From the NCBI GenBank assembly GCA_963804645.1, contig CAWDRG010000005.1, positions 96,001 to 160,000 on the forward strand: a stretch of DNA of 64,000 nt. The letters are read 5' to 3'. The notes beneath the pieces were generated by a model. The model made no database searches and had not been told where the DNA came from. It was given only the letters and a program-made list of their open reading frames with translations. Of the stretch, positions 9,373 through 19,297 are shown in pieces. This stretch comes from an uncultured Bacillota bacterium. Its GTDB lineage: Bacteria; Sysuimicrobiota; Sysuimicrobiia; Sysuimicrobiales; Segetimicrobiaceae. Each line of letters begins with the position of its first letter. Positions within the stretch are counted from its first letter, which is position 1. The translations under genes were made by a program, and so were the position numbers.

Positions 9373-11213
9373 GCGCTCGCGCCGACGCCTGTCATGGGCA
9401 GAAATACCTCCATATAGACCTCCGTGGGTGGGGCAAAAAAGCTCGACAACTCCATCGCGTCCGCGGGCGGAGTTCCCTTCGCGGACAGGACCTCAACCAA
9501 CCGGCGGGCAAGCGCATCCGGTGAGGACACCGCGGGCTCGAACTCCTCGAACCACGCCAGCGGATCCATGTCGAGCTGAGACTCGGGAGAGATCCGAACG
9601 ACGCGCTTGCCGGCCAGGGCCGCCTCGAGCACGGCTCCGGACGCCGCGCATACCACCACGTCGCTCTCCGCGAGCGCCTCCTCCATCGTACCGTCGACGA
9701 CACGCACGCGCGCACCGAGAGCCGCGACCACCCCGTCCGCGAGTTCACGGGCAAACGGATGCGGCTTCACGATGACCGCGGCGTTGGAGATGACCGCGAG
9801 CGCTGCGACAAACTTGTCAATCACCTCCGCCGTGCCGTCCCGCTTCGTCGTCAACACCAGGAGGACCCGGGGCGCGCCGCCGACGGACGACGGCGCACGG
9901 AACGACGGCACGGCTCCGCCGCGGTGAAGATAAGCATACCGCAGTGCCGCCCCCACGACAACCCGCTCGGGCGCGTACCCTTCGCGCACCAGGATGTCCC
10001 GGTACCGCACACCGTTGCAGACGATGCGATCTGGGAGCGGTGCAATGTCCCGCTCGTGGCGATCCGTATACCACGGCAGCACGTTGCGCTTCAGCGGGTT
10101 GTGGCAGAATCCGTATACCAGGGTGCGGGGCATGAAGCGGCGGACCCCGAGGATGGTAAGTTTGTCCGACACCATGTTCTCGAACGGCAGCACCATGAGC
10201 CGCGGGTGGATGCCGTCGCCCGCAAGACGCCGCATCAGCGGATAGTGCAGCGTGGACATCACCGACAGGGACTCGGTGCGGTTTGAAGCATCGAACAGCC
10301 GCGAGACATCGAGGCCGTGCAGCGTCGCCCCACGGAAGCGAAACGTTCGCTGCCGCGCCCACATGAGCGCGGGAAACGTCAGATCCCACAGGCGGAGATG
10401 CTCTTCGAGCACGATGCAGTCGGGAGACCGCCGCAGGCGCCGGATCATGGCCAAAAAGACTCGGAAGGGCTCAGCGATTGTGAGCACGGTCACGCACGAG
10501 AGCCGCTTCGACGCGTAGAGGGACGGGAGCAACGGCAGGTACCGGTCGTGGACGGATCCGGCCTGGTCGATACTCCCCTGGTCCACTCGCGTGCTCAACA
10601 GCACATCCGGGGTCGCGCTGCGCCGCGCTCCGCGGCCCCGCACGGCGACGACGGCGAGCCACCGAGCCAGGAGGGACGCACTCTTCCAGACCAGCGTCGC
10701 AAGGGGCCACAGCGACGAGTCGTGCAGACGCGGCCGGTGCCGTCCGGCGGTTCGGACTCGGTAGTTCCGTGCCCGGGCGAGATCGATGATCAAGGACCGC
10801 AGCGCCGGCGCATCACACACGATGCACACGCTGCGCCGCTCGTCCAGATACTGCCGCGCAAGCCACAGGTAGCAGCAATGGAGAAACAGATCGCTCCCGT
10901 TCGTGTTGCGCTCGGCGATGCCGCTCGCCCACCATGCCAGCGAGTCGTAGCGCCTGCCGAACATCGCCGTGAGTTCGAGAAAGGGCCGCCGCAGATCGTC
11001 TGCGGCGGCCCGCAGATCGGCATCGATGCGACGACGCACGGCGACTCCGTCCACTTCCGCCTCCAGGCGCACGAGGGTCCCGTACTCGGGGATCAGCGCG
11101 ATGACCTCGGCGATCCCGGCCCCATGCAGGACGGCCCGAAGATCCCGCGCCCCGGACGTCGCGAGGACTAGCGTCGGCGGGTCATCGTGGCTCTTCGCCG
11201 ACATCCCCGTCAT
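9369..11213 (-). CDS. Uncharacterised surface-carbohydrate biosynthesis protein with probable C-terminal GT-B-like fold
   Basis: 614 aa; PDRIVCNG, VVVGAALRY, IVKPHP, SDVVVCAASGAVLEAALAGKRV; ATGA-coupled to downstream gene. Confidence 0.65.
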   Translation of the reverse strand: MTGMSAKSHDDPPTLVLATSGARDLRAVLHGAGIAEVIALIPEYGTLVRLEAEVDGVAVRRRIDADLRAAADDLRRPFLELTAMFGRRYDSLAWWASGIAERNTNGSDLFLHCCYLWLARQYLDERRSVCIVCDAPALRSLIIDLARARNYRVRTAGRHRPRLHDSSLWPLATLVWKSASLLARWLAVVAVRGRGARRSATPDVLLSTRVDQGSIDQAGSVHDRYLPLLPSLYASKRLSCVTVLTIAEPFRVFLAMIRRLRRSPDCIVLEEHLRLWDLTFPALMWARQRTFRFRGATLHGLDVSRLFDASNRTESLSVMSTLHYPLMRRLAGDGIHPRLMVLPFENMVSDKLTILGVRRFMPRTLVYGFCHNPLKRNVLPWYTDRHERDIAPLPDRIVCNGVRYRDILVREGYAPERVVVGAALRYAYLHRGGAVPSFRAPSSVGGAPRVLLVLTTKRDGTAEVIDKFVAALAVISNAAVIVKPHPFARELADGVVAALGARVRVVDGTMEEALAESDVVVCAASGAVLEAALAGKRVVRISPESQLDMDPLAWFEEFEPAVSSPDALARRLVEVLSAKGTPPADAMELSSFFAPPTEVYMEVFLPMTGVGASA

Positions 11214-11259
11214 CCGCGGCGCACACGCACCGCGGCATGCCCCGACGGCGCCGTGCGCG

Positions 11260-12051
11260 TCACACGCGGCTCCAGATCACGGCGAGCTTCGGCGGCCGCA
11301 AGGGCAGCATCCCCGCAGCCGACGGCCGGAGTGTCTCGGTCACCCGAAACTCATCGTCGAACGTGACAAGCGTCTCGGGTCGTAGGCCCGCCCGGAGCCC
11401 AGGGCGCAGGTGCTCCCGCGTCGTACGCTTCCATCCCAATCGCACGACGCGGTGCGCGCGCACGTCCCCGCGTGCCTGAATCAGCGCGCGCTTGGCCAGC
11501 CCCCTGAAGATCCCCCCGAACGACAGGTTCGCCACGGTGATCATCACAGCGGCGCCGCCGGGCGCCAGCAGCCGCGCGGTCTCGTGCAGCAGGTCCTCGT
11601 AGCCCCGCCGGTCGTAGACGTGCTCGATCGCCGAGAGTACGACGACATCGAACGTACCAGGAGGCGCATCGACGTGTCGGGCGTCCCCGATGTACACCGG
11701 CGCCTCCGGATGCGCCTCGCGGAACGGCCCCAGCGAAGAAGCTTGGCACTCCTGCACCGAAACCCGGTAGCCGTGCTCAAGCCACACCTGCTCCATCGTC
11801 CCCAGCCCCGCACCCAGCGAGAGCACGGTGCCTCCGGGCGCACCGGCACCTGGTCGGGATCGCAGCACCGCAGTCTCGATCCACGCTGCAAGATTCAACC
11901 GCGCACACACCCACGCGGGGTCGAGGGAAATCCCCCCGGCGAGAAGCCGATCGTAGAACGCGCCGTAGAATGCCGCGGCCCCGTCGGGGACAGCGGGAAT
12001 GCCATCAAAAGGAATCCCGTGCCACTCGCCCTCGAAGCTCTCGATCTCCAT
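11260..12051 (-). CDS. Class I SAM-dependent methyltransferase
   Basis: VLSLGAGLG motif I, GDARHV, FDVVVLSAIEHV, RLLAPGG. Confidence 0.85.
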   Translation of the reverse strand: MEIESFEGEWHGIPFDGIPAVPDGAAAFYGAFYDRLLAGGISLDPAWVCARLNLAAWIETAVLRSRPGAGAPGGTVLSLGAGLGTMEQVWLEHGYRVSVQECQASSLGPFREAHPEAPVYIGDARHVDAPPGTFDVVVLSAIEHVYDRRGYEDLLHETARLLAPGGAAVMITVANLSFGGIFRGLAKRALIQARGDVRAHRVVRLGWKRTTREHLRPGLRAGLRPETLVTFDDEFRVTETLRPSAAGMLPLRPPKLAVIWSRV

Positions 12052-12093
12052 GCCCGCCCACCGCCGACTCCGGACGCCTCGGCCCGCCGCCGT

Positions 12094-12963
12094 TCAGACC
12101 GGCATCGTGCGCTTGGTGTGCAACCGTCCGATCTCGGCCGCCTTCGGGTCATACGCGCGGCAGAATTTCAGCCCGCGGTCGATCTGCGCCTTGATGTCCT
12201 CCGGGGTCACAATCGTCAGAAACGAGATTCCGGCGTCCGCGCACGCCTTCCAGACGCGGTCGAGATCAGCCTGCAGGTCGGGAGGCAGGGGCACCGGCCG
12301 CTTTCGGTATCCCTGCTCCATCGACTGGTCGCCGGCCCCCCACTCGCCAAACGCGATCCCGGGCACCCGCGCGCTCACTTCACAGTTCACGAGCGCGCGC
12401 GCATTCTCCATCTTGATTCCCAGCAGGAGCTCCCCGTTCGGGTTGAGCGGCCACACGTCGGCCTTCTCCATATACTCGTCCTCGGAGATGCCCCACACCT
12501 TCGAGGCCATCCCCTGCCCCCCATGGCCCCGCCGGCCCTTGCCGAGTCCGCGGCCGACCCCGAGCGATTGAAATACGTATCGCGCTGATTCCACGTAGGC
12601 GCGGACCGCCCCCGGCGTCTCCGCGTGACAGAGGATCAATCCATGAACGCCCTGGGCGAGCGCCTGTTTGATCATCCACGCGTTGCTGTACACGACGTAC
12701 TCATCGATGCCGTCGAACGGCAATTCCGCGATCACCGCGGGGGTGCGGTGGCCGCTGCGCGTCGGCCCGCCGTCGATCAGTCCCTGCATGAATGTCCCGA
12801 GTGCGGTCATGTCGAACGGTCCGTGCTCGGAGTCAATGCGGATGTAGTCCGCCCACGTCTTGGCCATGGCAACGCCGCTCTCGTGGGTCAGCACGTGCGT
12901 ACTTGTGTAGTAGACCGGCTGCCCCCGCTCCAGCAGCTCGATCGCCCGGTTTACCCGCGCCAT
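12094..12963 (-). CDS. HpcH/HpaI (GarL-like) class II pyruvate aldolase family protein
   Basis: YIRIDSEHGP (DxEH), GIKMENARAL, WGAGDQS metal-binding region; GGAGG RBS. Confidence 0.8.
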   Translation of the reverse strand: MARVNRAIELLERGQPVYYTSTHVLTHESGVAMAKTWADYIRIDSEHGPFDMTALGTFMQGLIDGGPTRSGHRTPAVIAELPFDGIDEYVVYSNAWMIKQALAQGVHGLILCHAETPGAVRAYVESARYVFQSLGVGRGLGKGRRGHGGQGMASKVWGISEDEYMEKADVWPLNPNGELLLGIKMENARALVNCEVSARVPGIAFGEWGAGDQSMEQGYRKRPVPLPPDLQADLDRVWKACADAGISFLTIVTPEDIKAQIDRGLKFCRAYDPKAAEIGRLHTKRTMPV

Positions 12964-12982
12964 TGATTGAACCTCCCGAGTC

Positions 12983-14194
12983 TCAGGACGGTCGACGCCC
13001 GTTCCGCGATGCCGATGCCGCCCGCCGCGCGATTCCTGGGGCGGCTCTCACGACGGCGCGCTCCAGTCGATCGCGGATGATCGCGGCGGACAACTCGCCC
13101 GGCCGGACCCTGCCGTCGCAGGCGATGACCTCGTCGTAGAACGGCGCCCGGAAGCCGGGTTCCACGGTCCCGACCACGGCCACCACGCGGCGCCCCAAGC
13201 GCTTGGCGACCGCCCCCGCGTGAGCCGGCCCCTTCGACAGCAGGGTCGTGCGGTCGAGACGGCCTTCCCCGATGATTACGACGTCGTGACGTTTGATCCA
13301 TGCCGCGAGGCCGATCTCCCGCTCAACCAGCTCGGCGCCGTGCACCAGCGTCGCCCCCAGAAATCCCAACAGCCCCGCACCCAACCCGCCCGCCGCCCCG
13401 GCCAGCGGAACGTCGACGCGGCGACCGGTCTGTCGGCGTAACACCCGCGCGAGGTTGGCAAATCCCGCGTCGAGGTAGGCGATCTCCGAGACGCTGGCAC
13501 CCTTCTGCGGCCCGAATGAGCGCGCCTGCCCCCGCGGGCCCAGGAGCGGGATATCCGCATCCGACGCGACGACGATCTCCGGGACGCCCTGGGACACCTT
13601 GAGGCGATCCAGGCGCACCCCGGCGATGTCGACCAAACTCAGCGCGTTGAACCCGGGAGTCCCGATGGGGCGCAGTACGGCACCGCGCCGGTCAAGGAAC
13701 TCAACGCCCAGGGCCTGCGCCATGCCGATCCCCATGTCGCTGACGATGGACCCGCCCAGCCCGACGATGACGCGGCGGTACCCGCGGGCGACCGCGGCGA
13801 GAATGAGCTCGCCCACGCCGTAGGACGTCGCCACCATCGTCTGCCGTTCGTGGGGGCGCAGGAGCCTCCACCCGGCCGCCTCGGAGATCTCGATGACGGC
13901 AGCCGCCGGCGTGCCGTCGAGCAGCCCGAGGCGCGCACGCCGCGGGCGAAACAGCGGATCGTGCGCGGACACCTCCACCACGCGTCCGCCCCGCGCGGAC
14001 ACCAGGACCTCGATCGTCCCATCGCCGCCGTCGGCCATGGGTGCGATTTCGATCGCGAACCGCTCGCTGCCGCGGCGGAGCCCGCGTGCGATGCTTCTGG
14101 ACGCCTCGCCCGGCGAGAGGTACCCTTTGTGGCCGCAGCTCGCGATCAGCGCGCGCACGCTGCCCCCGGGCGTGCGCGCAGCCCCTACCGGCAT
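12983..14194 (-). CDS. Glycerate kinase (GlxK/GarK class), divergent
   Basis: PMADGGDGT, VGLGGS, FGPQKGA, GAAGGLG, GEGRLD; N-terminal IASCGHKG replaces usual IAPDSFKG. Confidence 0.9.
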   Translation of the reverse strand: MPVGAARTPGGSVRALIASCGHKGYLSPGEASRSIARGLRRGSERFAIEIAPMADGGDGTIEVLVSARGGRVVEVSAHDPLFRPRRARLGLLDGTPAAAVIEISEAAGWRLLRPHERQTMVATSYGVGELILAAVARGYRRVIVGLGGSIVSDMGIGMAQALGVEFLDRRGAVLRPIGTPGFNALSLVDIAGVRLDRLKVSQGVPEIVVASDADIPLLGPRGQARSFGPQKGASVSEIAYLDAGFANLARVLRRQTGRRVDVPLAGAAGGLGAGLLGFLGATLVHGAELVEREIGLAAWIKRHDVVIIGEGRLDRTTLLSKGPAHAGAVAKRLGRRVVAVVGTVEPGFRAPFYDEVIACDGRVRPGELSAAIIRDRLERAVVRAAPGIARRAASASRNGRRPS

Positions 14195-14230
14195 GGCGAA
14201 CCCCCGCGTCGCGGCGCAGCACGCAAGCCG

Positions 14231-15295
14231 TTACTCCGCATCGAGCCGGGCCAGACGCGAGACGATATCTACCACGCGGGACCCGTACCCCCATTCGTTG
14301 TCGTACCACAGCACGAGCTTGAGCTGCGCGTCTCCGTGCACCATCGTCCACCGGTGGTCGACCACCGCGGAGTGCTCAACCCCGGCAAAATCGACGGACA
14401 CCAGCGCCTGGTAGTTGTTCGCGATGACGGGGTACGCCTGCGTACGCTCCGCCGCCTCGAACACGCCGATCACGTCGTCTCGGGACGCGTCCCGAGACAG
14501 TTTCACCGTGAGATCGGCGGACGACACGATCGTGGTCGGCACCCGATACGACAGCGACACAAACTTGCGGTCGATGCCGGGCAGCACCTTGGCCGACGCC
14601 CGCAGGCATGAGGTCGTCTTTGGGATCAGCGACAGCGTGCTCGCGCGCCCCAGCGCATAAGCGGAGTGGATGCTGCCGGGGTCCGAAAACGAAAACGACG
14701 GGCCGTCCAGCAGCCGCTGGTAGCTGAGCCACGGGTGCAGAGTGGTCAGGGAGCCGTACTCGATCCCGAAGTGACGTTCCAACAGCAGCGCCACAGGCGC
14801 GAATGCCGCCGCATCGCAGATGCTGGCCGAGAGCACGAAATCGCCGCGCCGGATGTCGGTCTCGTTCACCCCGAAGATGACAAACCGGTCGACGAACTGT
14901 TCGTCTGGCGCGTTGGTCACGACGCAGTGCCGCACGCCCTGATCAGCCAGCCGGCGCAGCGCGGGCAGGTTGTGCTCGATCCCGGACGCGTCGATCACCA
15001 GATCGACGGCGTCGGCCTTCCACGGCACCGCGTCAATCTCGTGGTGTCGTGATACGCGGATCGAAGGCGCGCGCTCGACCGCGAGCGTATCGGGCCCTTC
15101 TACCCGTACGTCGCGCGCGAGCCGCCCGTATGTCGAGTCGTACTTCAACAGGTAGGCGACGTTGCCGAGATCCGGGTTGATGTCATTGACGGCCACCAGA
15201 TCGAACACGTCCCGCTCGAGGTTGATCCGGGCGATCGCGCGTCCGATCCGGCCGAACCCGTTAATGCCGATGCGCATCCGCATGCCGGCGGCCAC
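14231..15295 (-). CDS. Divergent GAPDH/erythrose-4-phosphate dehydrogenase family protein
   Basis: GINGFGRIGR, YLLKYDSTYG, YRVPT, WYDNEWGY; active site SASICDAAA instead of SNASCTTNC. Confidence 0.9.
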   Translation of the reverse strand: MAAGMRMRIGINGFGRIGRAIARINLERDVFDLVAVNDINPDLGNVAYLLKYDSTYGRLARDVRVEGPDTLAVERAPSIRVSRHHEIDAVPWKADAVDLVIDASGIEHNLPALRRLADQGVRHCVVTNAPDEQFVDRFVIFGVNETDIRRGDFVLSASICDAAAFAPVALLLERHFGIEYGSLTTLHPWLSYQRLLDGPSFSFSDPGSIHSAYALGRASTLSLIPKTTSCLRASAKVLPGIDRKFVSLSYRVPTTIVSSADLTVKLSRDASRDDVIGVFEAAERTQAYPVIANNYQALVSVDFAGVEHSAVVDHRWTMVHGDAQLKLVLWYDNEWGYGSRVVDIVSRLARLDAE

Positions 15296-15298
15296 GGC

Positions 15299-16288
15299 CT
15301 ACTCACCACCCTCGGGCCCATAGTCGACCACCCCGTACAGGGGCGGCTCGCCGCGGGCGGCCCGCGCGACGTTCGCCGCCACGTGCTGCACCATCCGAAA
15401 CCGCGATTCGTGGCTCGGCCCGGCGTGCGGCGACAGCGCCACGTTGTCGAGCGCGAGCAGCGGAGAGTCCCGCCGAGGAGGCTCCGCCTCAAACACGTCG
15501 AGCCCGGCACCTCGCAACCGACGCTCGGTGAGCGCCTCGTACAGCGCCTCTTCGTCGACGATGCCTCCGCGCGCTGCATTGATCAAGACGGCCGTCGGTT
15601 TCATCCACCCGAGCGAGTCGCGGTTGATCATGTGCCGCGTCCGGGACGTCAGCGGAACATGGAGGGTCAGCACATCGGACGCCCGCACCAGGTGCTCGAA
15701 CGGGCACGCCTCAAGCGCGTGCGCCCGCACGAACTCGGGATCCGCCGGGCGAATGTCGTCGTACAGGACGCGCATCCCAAATGCGCTGGCGCGGACCGCG
15801 ACCGCACGCCCGACATGCCCGAGCCCCACGATCCCCATCGTCTTGTCGAGGAGTTCAATGTTCTCGTGCTTCCGATTGACCCACGATCCGTCGACGACGG
15901 TCGCATGATGAAACCGCTGGTGACGAAACAGTGTGAGTGCCAGCAAAAATACGTGCTCCGCCACAGAGACGGCGTTCGACCCCCCGTTGTTGGCGACGAT
16001 CACCCCGTGACGCGCCGCACGCGCAAGGTCGATCTGTTCGTACCCGGCAATCGGCAGCTGAAACAGTTTGAGACGAGGCGCGCGCCGGTATTGGTCGTCC
16101 GTCAGGTCGACGCGCGAGATAACGCAGTCCGCGCGAGCTAACAACTCGGAAAGATTGTCCGGAGGCGAGGTAAAATCCACCCGCAGCCACTCGCACCGCG
16201 GGTCACCCAATTCACGCAACTGATTCTTGAAGCTGTCATAGACATCGGCCGACGTCAGGACGACAAACGCGTCGTCACGCGCCGGCAT
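15299..16288 (-). CDS. D-isomer-specific 2-hydroxyacid dehydrogenase (SerA/PdxB/glycerate dehydrogenase family)
   Basis: NAVSVAEH, GIVGLGHVG, INAARGG, DVFEAEP, SPHAG (Arg/Glu/His triad). Confidence 0.93.
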   Translation of the reverse strand: MPARDDAFVVLTSADVYDSFKNQLRELGDPRCEWLRVDFTSPPDNLSELLARADCVISRVDLTDDQYRRAPRLKLFQLPIAGYEQIDLARAARHGVIVANNGGSNAVSVAEHVFLLALTLFRHQRFHHATVVDGSWVNRKHENIELLDKTMGIVGLGHVGRAVAVRASAFGMRVLYDDIRPADPEFVRAHALEACPFEHLVRASDVLTLHVPLTSRTRHMINRDSLGWMKPTAVLINAARGGIVDEEALYEALTERRLRGAGLDVFEAEPPRRDSPLLALDNVALSPHAGPSHESRFRMVQHVAANVARAARGEPPLYGVVDYGPEGGE

Positions 16289-17018
16289 GGTTTTTCGTGG
16301 AAGCCGCGCGCCCGCTCAGGATCGTCTCGATGAACAGCATCTGGTGCGGGTCGTCGACGTCGATCGCTCGCTCTGGCGGCACGATGTACGGGATCGGCCG
16401 CCGCCCGATCAAATTGGTCTGCGTTTTGAGCTCGCCGACCGTGTTGAAAATGATCGCAAAGTTGGCGCGGTACATTCGACGATGGTCGTTGTGCCGCGTC
16501 GACCGCCGGTAGTCTTCGGGGAACACTGGGTCGAGGCGGTTATCCTCCGCAATGTTCAGCGCCAGCTGGATAGGGTACTCGTAACTGGTCACGCTGACCA
16601 CGGGCGTCGCCCCGCCCTGCTCTCGGAACAGTTGATACGCTCCCTGGATGTCCTGCGCCGTCCGCAACGGGCACGTCGGAAACAAGACCCCAAGTACCGT
16701 GTCGTCGGACCACTCAAGCGCGCGGATCATCTCCTGGATGATCTCGATGATATACGTGGTGTCGCTCGCCAACTCGGGGGGCCGCAGATAGGTGTCGGCA
16801 CCGTACGAACGAGCCACGGCGAGTATCTCGTCATCCTCGGAATTCACGATGACTCCTTCGAACACACCGCTTTGCAGGGCCGTCTCGATAGTGTACGCGA
16901 TCAGGGGCTTGCCGTTGACCAAGATCAGGTTCTTGTGGGGGACCCGCTTCGACCCGCGTCTGGCGGGGATGAACGCGTGGACAGCCGCCTTCCCACCGCT
17001 GTCCCCACGAACCCCCAT
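16275..17018 (-). CDS. Acylneuraminate/CMP-ulosonate cytidylyltransferase (NeuA/KdsB family)
   Basis: FIPARRGSKRVPHKN, GKPLIAYTI, RPPELASD, PTCPLR, AIDVDD; AGGAGG upstream of ATG 17018. Confidence 0.9.
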   Translation of the reverse strand: MGVRGDSGGKAAVHAFIPARRGSKRVPHKNLILVNGKPLIAYTIETALQSGVFEGVIVNSEDDEILAVARSYGADTYLRPPELASDTTYIIEIIQEMIRALEWSDDTVLGVLFPTCPLRTAQDIQGAYQLFREQGGATPVVSVTSYEYPIQLALNIAEDNRLDPVFPEDYRRSTRHNDHRRMYRANFAIIFNTVGELKTQTNLIGRRPIPYIVPPERAIDVDDPHQMLFIETILSGRAASTKNHAGA

Positions 17019-17244
17019 CCTCGTCCTCCTGACGCGGTGTTCCTCCACTGACCCTCACGGGGTTATCGGACTCACCAACGGCGCCGCGCGCGCGCCGATC
17101 AGTCGCGGTGCCCGATATTCGACAGATAGTAAGGAAGCCCCTCCGCGCACGCCGCAGCGCGCGGTGCATCGGGGTCGACGACGACGCGACGCGCGGCAAC
17201 CGTGCATCCCGAGCGACGCGCGTATACCTGTGCACGCTGCTCGA

Positions 17245-18777
17245 TTACGGCCCACCGCGGACGGGTTCGGCGCGCCCGCGGCGGCCGATCCACCGCAGCA
17301 GATCGGCGCTGCTCCCCGTCACCCAAACGCCCGCTACAATCAACGGGGCGAGCACGATCAGAGTACCGAGCGCTACGGCTGCGGAGTGCACCAGGTCCGC
17401 TTCCCACCCAACCCGTTCACCCCCGGCACGACCAAACAGCCAGAGCACGCCGGCCGTCCAGCCGGAGGCGCACGCGGCCTGCAACAACACCTTCCACGAC
17501 GTCTTGATCCCCCAAATTTCCCGCCCGGCGGAAAACACCATATACACAAAATACAATGCGTAGCCGATGACTGTGCCCACCGCCACGTCGCGCAGCGTGA
17601 CGCGGCCGAGGACAAACCACATCAGGGCGATCGACCCGCCAGTCGCCAGCACCCCGAACAAGTTCGAGAGACCGTAGGAGACGAGACGCTTATCGGCGAG
17701 CCACAGCACGTAGATGTTGTTGTTGTTCGAGATGAAAAATGAACAGAGCAGCAGCACCAACAGGACCGGCACGCTGTCGCTGTACAGCGGCGTGATGTGG
17801 CGGATCAGAAACGGCGCCGCCGCCGCGACCGCCCAGGACACGAGCGGGATCGACACAAATAACTGAAACTGCATGAATCGCAGCATGTCTTTCCCGATCT
17901 TCTCCCGACCGACTCCCTCTCCATGCTGCATCAGCGTGCGCGTCGACAGCACGGTGCCCATGCGGGTCGTGACATCCGAAGCTTGGGAGTAGAAGCTTTT
18001 CGCGAGGGCGTACAGTGCGAGCGGCCCGAGCCCAAGCAGCCGGGAAACCCACAACACGTCGAGCGACAGAAAGAACACCTGCGGGTAGTCCGCCATCCGA
18101 AAGCCGATTCCGTACGACACCAGGCGCTTCCACATTCGCGTGTCGAACATCCACGCCGTCGTGAGCCCCGCCCGGTTGCCCGCAAGGTAACTCCAGAGCC
18201 CGCGACACAGCTCGGCCACAATCGCCGCCACCAGGAGTCCCGGCAGGCCGGCCGCGTACGCTCCCACAGGGAGCGCGACCGCATACAGGACCGTGGTCAC
18301 CAGCAGCACACGGCTGAGGGCGACATAGAGTTGGGCGCCCTGGAAGAACGTGATGTAGGCTTCCTGGACCTTGCCGAGGATGACCAGCACGCCTGTCACG
18401 ACGAGCGCCGCGACCTTCAGGCGGTCAAAGGTTGCCAGATGCCAGTAGGTGTACGCCCACAGCCCCACCGCCAGCACGGCCGCTTCCACGAGCGAGAACC
18501 AAAGCGCGACGGAGCGGCAGCTGACCTCTTCGGCGGGTTCGTTCCGCCCTTTCAGAATCGAAAGTTCCCGCAACGCCCCCGCCAGCGCGCCGAGCGTGAT
18601 CGGCTGCACATACCCGCGCGCGAGGACAACAAAGTTCCAGGTGCCCATCACCTCCGGGGGCAGCAGACGGCGCACGGCGAACCCGGAGAGAAACGTCACC
18701 ACCTGTGCGAGCACGTTCGTCCCGCTGTACGCGGCGGCGCTCTTCATGACGAGCCGGCGGGCCCGCGACGTCACCAT
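17245..18777 (-). CDS. wzx: Wzx-type oligosaccharide flippase
   Basis: About 12-14 TM helices; VRRLLPPEVMGTW and RLLGLGPLALYALA repeats typical of MOP/PST flippases. Confidence 0.78.
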   Translation of the reverse strand: MVTSRARRLVMKSAAAYSGTNVLAQVVTFLSGFAVRRLLPPEVMGTWNFVVLARGYVQPITLGALAGALRELSILKGRNEPAEEVSCRSVALWFSLVEAAVLAVGLWAYTYWHLATFDRLKVAALVVTGVLVILGKVQEAYITFFQGAQLYVALSRVLLVTTVLYAVALPVGAYAAGLPGLLVAAIVAELCRGLWSYLAGNRAGLTTAWMFDTRMWKRLVSYGIGFRMADYPQVFFLSLDVLWVSRLLGLGPLALYALAKSFYSQASDVTTRMGTVLSTRTLMQHGEGVGREKIGKDMLRFMQFQLFVSIPLVSWAVAAAAPFLIRHITPLYSDSVPVLLVLLLCSFFISNNNNIYVLWLADKRLVSYGLSNLFGVLATGGSIALMWFVLGRVTLRDVAVGTVIGYALYFVYMVFSAGREIWGIKTSWKVLLQAACASGWTAGVLWLFGRAGGERVGWEADLVHSAAVALGTLIVLAPLIVAGVWVTGSSADLLRWIGRRGRAEPVRGGP

Positions 18778-18853
18778 GGTCGTGCCGGCGGCACAACGCG
18801 CCAATAAGCGGCGAACGAAGTACGCGGAGAACGGCGGGGCAGCGCGCGCACGC

Positions 18854-19297
18854 CTACCCCGGAGACCACGGGGCGGGCATCGTCGCGTCAAACGGGTCGA
18901 GGCGTTCCACCTCGCCCGCATCGTATGGTAGGTCTGTGCAGTTCGCTACGAGGGCGTGCCGGTCTCCGAGCGCCTGGAAGCCGTACCAGATGCCGGGCGG
19001 GATCTGGATCAGCAGATACGCGGCTTCGCCCACCTCCAGCACCTGGGTCACCCCTCGCGTGGCCGAATCGGCCCGCGTGTCGTGAAGGCAGAATCGCACC
19101 GTGCCGATCGGCACCGTTAGCTGCTGCACGATCCGGCGGTGCCGCCGCCATGCTTTCACGGCGCCCGGGTTCGTCAGCGAAAAATACACCTCGCCGAACC
19201 CCCGGAACAGCGGGGAATCCGACCGAAGCATGTGCATGATTTTGCCGCGGGCGTCGGCGATCTGCGTGAGTGGTTGGACCACGACGTCGTGAATCAC
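18854..19297 (-). CDS. NDP-4-keto-6-deoxyhexose 3,5-epimerase (RmlC-like cupin)
   Basis: DARGKIMHMLR, FGEVYFS, VKAWRRH, IPPGIWYGFQ; GTGA coupling to rfbG. Confidence 0.9.
   Translation of the reverse strand: MIHDVVVQPLTQIADARGKIMHMLRSDSPLFRGFGEVYFSLTNPGAVKAWRRHRRIVQQLTVPIGTVRFCLHDTRADSATRGVTQVLEVGEAAYLLIQIPPGIWYGFQALGDRHALVANCTDLPYDAGEVERLDPFDATMPAPWSPG

Noticed and set aside
14231..15295. Calling this gene housekeeping gapA
   Set aside because: Non-canonical active site and no pgk/tpi/eno neighbours
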